From positions 1 through 36,471 of IMG/VR virus record IMGVR_UViG_3300032226_000130: a DNA stretch of 36,471 bases; one strand, 5' to 3'. Below are positions 33,968-36,471 of the stretch, in pieces. Position 1 is the stretch's first letter, and the number at the start of each line of letters is the position of its first letter. The position numbers were made by a program, and so were the translations under genes. The stretch is from a virus. Taxonomy: Duplodnaviria; Caudoviricetes. A model generated the notes under the pieces. The model was given only the letters and a program-made list of their open reading frames with translations, was not told the origin of the DNA and did no database searches.

Positions 33968-34429
33968 ATGTTGAAAATTGGAATAGACCCCGGCCTGTCA
34001 GGTGCAATCGTCATCATGGAGGACAACACTCCAGTTGAGTGGTGCAGGATGCCGACAATGAAAACAGGCTCGGCCAATCGTGTGAATGCATCGGCGCTTG
34101 CTGCTTTTATTCGGCCATTAATCTATGGTGAAGAGATCAAAGCGTATGTAGAGCTGGTGAGCAGTATGCCTGGGCAAGGTGTTGCCTCGATGTTCTCATT
34201 TGGGCATTCGGCCGGCGTGATCCAAGGTGTGCTGGGTGCGTTTGAGATCCCTGTGACGATGGTGACACCCAGTCAATGGAAGAAGCGCGCGGGTCTTACT
34301 GGTCAGGATAAGGATGCATCAAGGACATTGGCCATACAGACATGGCCTGACTGGCGAGAGCTGGATAAGAAGGGAGCTGGCCAAGCGTATGCAGATGCAG
34401 CATTCATTGCGTTTTATGGTGTAGAATAA
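33968..34429 (+). CDS. ruvC: RuvC-like Holliday junction resolvase
   Basis: IGIDPG.SGA, VE.V..MPGQG..SMFSFG, VTPSQWKK, ADAAFIA. Confidence 0.85.
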   Translation: MLKIGIDPGLSGAIVIMEDNTPVEWCRMPTMKTGSANRVNASALAAFIRPLIYGEEIKAYVELVSSMPGQGVASMFSFGHSAGVIQGVLGAFEIPVTMVTPSQWKKRAGLTGQDKDASRTLAIQTWPDWRELDKKGAGQAYADAAFIAFYGVE

Positions 34430-34463
34430 ACACCGGCAATGCAGTTGCCTCTCTCCTTTGTTT

Positions 34464-34494
34464 ATCCCCGAGCTAACCCTTGGGGATTTTTTTT
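34464..34494 (+). terminator. Rho-independent terminator after ruvC
   Basis: ATCCCCGAG-CTAACC-CTTGGGGAT stem followed by a T run to 34494. Confidence 0.8.
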
Positions 34495-34498
34495 GACA

Positions 34499-34511
34499 CT
34501 AACACTGTTAG
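34499..34511. promoter_or_regulatory. 13-bp palindrome CTAACA-C-TGTTAG upstream of the ncRNA promoter (putative operator)
   Basis: Perfect palindrome, also present at 18408-18420. Confidence 0.45.
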
Positions 34512-34536
34512 AGTGAAAATATTTTTATAAAAGGTG

Positions 34537-34567
34537 TTGACAAACTACATTTGTTCGTGTTTATAAT
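34537..34567 (+). promoter_or_regulatory. sigma70 promoter driving the non-coding region
   Basis: Consensus TTGACA-N19-TATAAT (long spacer) with an AT-rich upstream element. Confidence 0.65.
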
Positions 34568-34574
34568 TGTGTAT

Positions 34575-35035
34575 CAGCGGCTTGGTAACCCGTTGTAGTT
34601 CTGTAAAACGACACCCCGAACCCTTATTGAAGGAGCGGGCTTCGTCAAAGCTAGGATGTCCTGTTACAGCAGGCTCTTATGCGGCAACCAAGCCTAAAGC
34701 TCGTATCTTTCAATAAGGGTTTTTTGCTTTTTGCGGCCACTCGTCAGAGCGCGTTAGCTGATGGCCTGTATGGGCTGAACTCAAGAAACACAGAACCTCG
34801 GTGTGACCCGCACCTCCAAGTAGAGTAATCGAACGGAATAAACAAGGTAGTCGTAAAGACACATACCCTAGTACGCTGGGAGTTGATCGTTAAGGATGGT
34901 GAAAACTGACCTTATCGGGATTCCAGGGGAGGGCGGCTTGGCTGGCCGATAGTTCACTAACACTGGACATAGCACCTTGATAAAGAGTCGTTGGCCCCCT
35001 GTGAGGGAGGGAGGGTCAACGGGTAAGAGGGAGTT
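34575..35035 (+). ncRNA. Putative large structured RNA with a C4/CI-like 5' module
   Basis: No ORF of 60 aa or more; continuous hairpins with GAAA, GUGA and UACG loops, a 24-bp stem plus U-tract, and internal complementary boxes. Confidence 0.55.
34619..34731 (+). terminator. Long stem + U-tract (attenuator-like; closes the C4/CI-like RNA)
   Basis: AACCCTTATTGAAGGA-GCGGGCTT pairs with AAGCTCGT-A-TCTTTCAATAAGGGTT, followed by TTTTGCTTTT. Confidence 0.6.
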
Positions 35036-35053
35036 TAGTTGGTAACATAACAG

Positions 35054-35083
35054 TTGACTTGTGATTTATTCATGAGTTATATT
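35054..35083 (+). promoter_or_regulatory. sigma70 promoter for the mini-gene cluster
   Basis: TTGACT-N18-TATATT, followed by SD AGGAGGT at 35092-98. Confidence 0.55.
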
Positions 35084-35102
35084 CTTAACACAGGAGGTAG
35101 GT

Positions 35103-35267
35103 ATGAACGATACGACAAAGCGTTTTCCACGCACGATGAACGAAGCGTTTAACTGTGAGAGCGATCCCATCAGTGGACCATATGGTAAAGAGCCATTCTG
35201 GCCTGTTGTTGTCATTGCGATACTGGTAGTTATTGTTGGGATTGTTTTGTTCTGGAGTCGCGTATGA
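35103..35267 (+). CDS. Small membrane protein, 54 aa (not in the ORF track)
   Basis: Perfect SD; MNDTTKRFPRTMNEAF...FWPVVVIAILVVIVGIVLFWSRV*; ATGA-coupled to the next gene. Confidence 0.75.
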   Translation: MNDTTKRFPRTMNEAFNCESDPISGPYGKEPFWPVVVIAILVVIVGIVLFWSRV

Positions 35268-35500
35268 CACAAGATGAAGCAACGGCATTGTTGCAACGAA
35301 TTTTTGCGGTAAACGAACAGATTGTCAGGCAGAACCATGAAATTATGTCGGTGCTAATGAATCCACGCATCACCAAAGACGCAAGCAAAGACTGGAAAGC
35401 ATTGACTGCCGATGAAGTTAAAAACATTGTTGCTAACGCTCAAACAACAGAGTGGGCTGTATTGATGGCTGATTCAACTATTAAGGCAAAAAACACATGA
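35264..35500 (+). CDS. Hypothetical protein (WxxLTxxE module)
   Basis: 78 aa; ATGA coupling at both ends. Confidence 0.7.
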   Translation: MTQDEATALLQRIFAVNEQIVRQNHEIMSVLMNPRITKDASKDWKALTADEVKNIVANAQTTEWAVLMADSTIKAKNT

Positions 35501-35751
35501 CACAAGATGAAATCATTAAGATGGCTAGACAGGCTAAGGCTATACCAATACACAAAGACTTTAATCAGTTGGCACTAATTGGAATTGAAAACATTGAAGC
35601 CTTTGCCAAGCTAGTAGCACAAAATGACCAAAAAGAAATAGAACGGTTACGCGCTTTGTGTTACGAAATGTTGAGCGAACTTTATGCGTATCGCGCATCT
35701 AAACATTTAAAAGATGTAACTGCCACCATCCGAGCAAGGGGACAAGCATGA
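35497..35751 (+). CDS. Hypothetical protein (FAKLVA...IRARG module)
   Basis: 84 aa; ATGA coupling. Confidence 0.7.
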   Translation: MTQDEIIKMARQAKAIPIHKDFNQLALIGIENIEAFAKLVAQNDQKEIERLRALCYEMLSELYAYRASKHLKDVTATIRARGQA

Positions 35752-35984
35752 AAGCATTTCCAACACCCACATTTAGCATTAACGATGAAGCGCGTGTTAC
35801 AGCTGTAGGCGGTGAAGGCGGCATGGATCTAAGAGATTACTTTGCCATTAGGATTGTGACGCCTTTGATTGAAAGCTTTTTATCGAAGGATCTTCATCTA
35901 ACTGATGACAGCTGGATGGAGGGACTAAGTTATGACGCATACAGAATGGCAGATGAGATGATCAAAGAGAGGGCTAGAAAATGA
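35748..35984 (+). CDS. Conserved phage protein (AFP..GMxLRDYFA..AY.MAD.M family)
   Basis: 78 aa; motif widespread in phage early regions. Confidence 0.75.
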   Translation: MKAFPTPTFSINDEARVTAVGGEGGMDLRDYFAIRIVTPLIESFLSKDLHLTDDSWMEGLSYDAYRMADEMIKERARK

Positions 35985-36256
35985 TTCGTACAGATGAAGA
36001 CGATGAGTTTGACCGCATAGCGCGTGAGAACGCTTTGCGTGAAGTATATAGGCTCGGACAAGAAATAGAAGAGAGTGGTCAACCATACCATTGGGAATCC
36101 GATGCCATCAAAGCCGCCGTGCTAATTGAGCGTGAGGAATGTGCAAAGTTGGCAGAACAGCGATTGAATTGGGGTACTGCCTTTGCCATCCGAGCAAGGA
36201 GCGACATATCATCAAAACGTGTCGATACAAGTGGAGAACATAAACATGATAATTAA
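35981..36256 (+). CDS. Hypothetical protein (DEDDEF..EREECAK..AIRAR modules)
   Basis: 91 aa; ATGA coupling. Confidence 0.7.
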   Translation: MIRTDEDDEFDRIARENALREVYRLGQEIEESGQPYHWESDAIKAAVLIEREECAKLAEQRLNWGTAFAIRARSDISSKRVDTSGEHKHDN

Positions 36257-36471
36257 ACGCAACATGGCTGTTGACAGCCTGACCAAAGTCTGCGAGGAAA
36301 GTCTTGCATTAATTAAAGAATTGATCGAGGCCGACAACGCTGTATATGGCAAAGGCTTTGAAGATGGAATGGCAGCACAGGCCAAGATTCAGCAAACACT
36401 GAGACCTTGGGTTGACTTAACCAATGAGGAACTAACAGATTTGTTTTACAACAAAAATTTAGGCCAAGAAA
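36246..36471 (+). CDS. Hypothetical protein (partial; WVDLTNEE module)
   Basis: SD GGAG, ATG at 36246, open to the window end. Confidence 0.65.
   Translation, partial: MIIKRNMAVDSLTKVCEESLALIKELIEADNAVYGKGFEDGMAAQAKIQQTLRPWVDLTNEELTDLFYNKNLGQE

Noticed and set aside
34743-34789. Hammerhead-like words GTC...CTGATG...GAAAC
   Set aside because: The core reads CTGATGG rather than CTGANGA, and stems I and III do not pair as required.
34575-35035. tRNA, tmRNA or group I/II intron in the non-coding gap
   Set aside because: No T-loop/CCA cloverleaf, P7 core or domain V recognised, and the flanks are not a split gene.
35066-35427. Minus-strand ORFs opposite the mini-genes
   Set aside because: The plus strand has a promoter, perfect SD and ATGA-coupled genes.
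1-36471. Alternative genetic code
   Set aside because: Genes tile the window densely under the standard code, and TAA, TGA and TAG all serve as stops.

Overview
36.5 kb fragment of a tailed dsDNA bacteriophage, most likely podovirus-like: it has ejection-type internal proteins and no tape-measure, sheath or tail-tube genes. A proteobacterial, possibly Burkholderiales, host is only an inference from gene families. Positions 1-29236 (+) form one long late operon: head-tail adaptor, tail/fibre proteins, a repeat-rich tail fibre with an S74 intramolecular chaperone, a holin-lysozyme cassette, a tail nozzle, three internal virion proteins and a 4114-aa DarB-like polyvalent protein (amino-methyltransferase, Strawberry-notch SF2 helicase, HExxH metallopeptidase, LPD38-like C-terminus). 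Positions 29220-33889 (-) form an early/recombination operon (RNAP alpha-CTD-like protein, GIY-YIG, PD-(D/E)xK exonuclease, ERF, SSB, RHH regulator, YbcO-like nuclease). Positions 33968-36471 (+) carry RuvC, a 670-nt ORF-free control region and modular mini-genes. Most notable observations: (1) a 131-aa acidic ORF with its own Shine-Dalgarno, nested in the +1 frame of the linker between the MTase and helicase of the giant protein; (2) a promoter-driven ~460-nt structured RNA with a C4/CI-like antisense/target triad and a 3' G-quadruplex motif; (3) an anti-Shine-Dalgarno element in the ruvC 3'UTR matching leftward-operon RBSs; (4) a shared palindromic site and a pseudoknot after a potentially leaky stop. 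All calls come from reading motifs by eye; no searches or folding programs were run.
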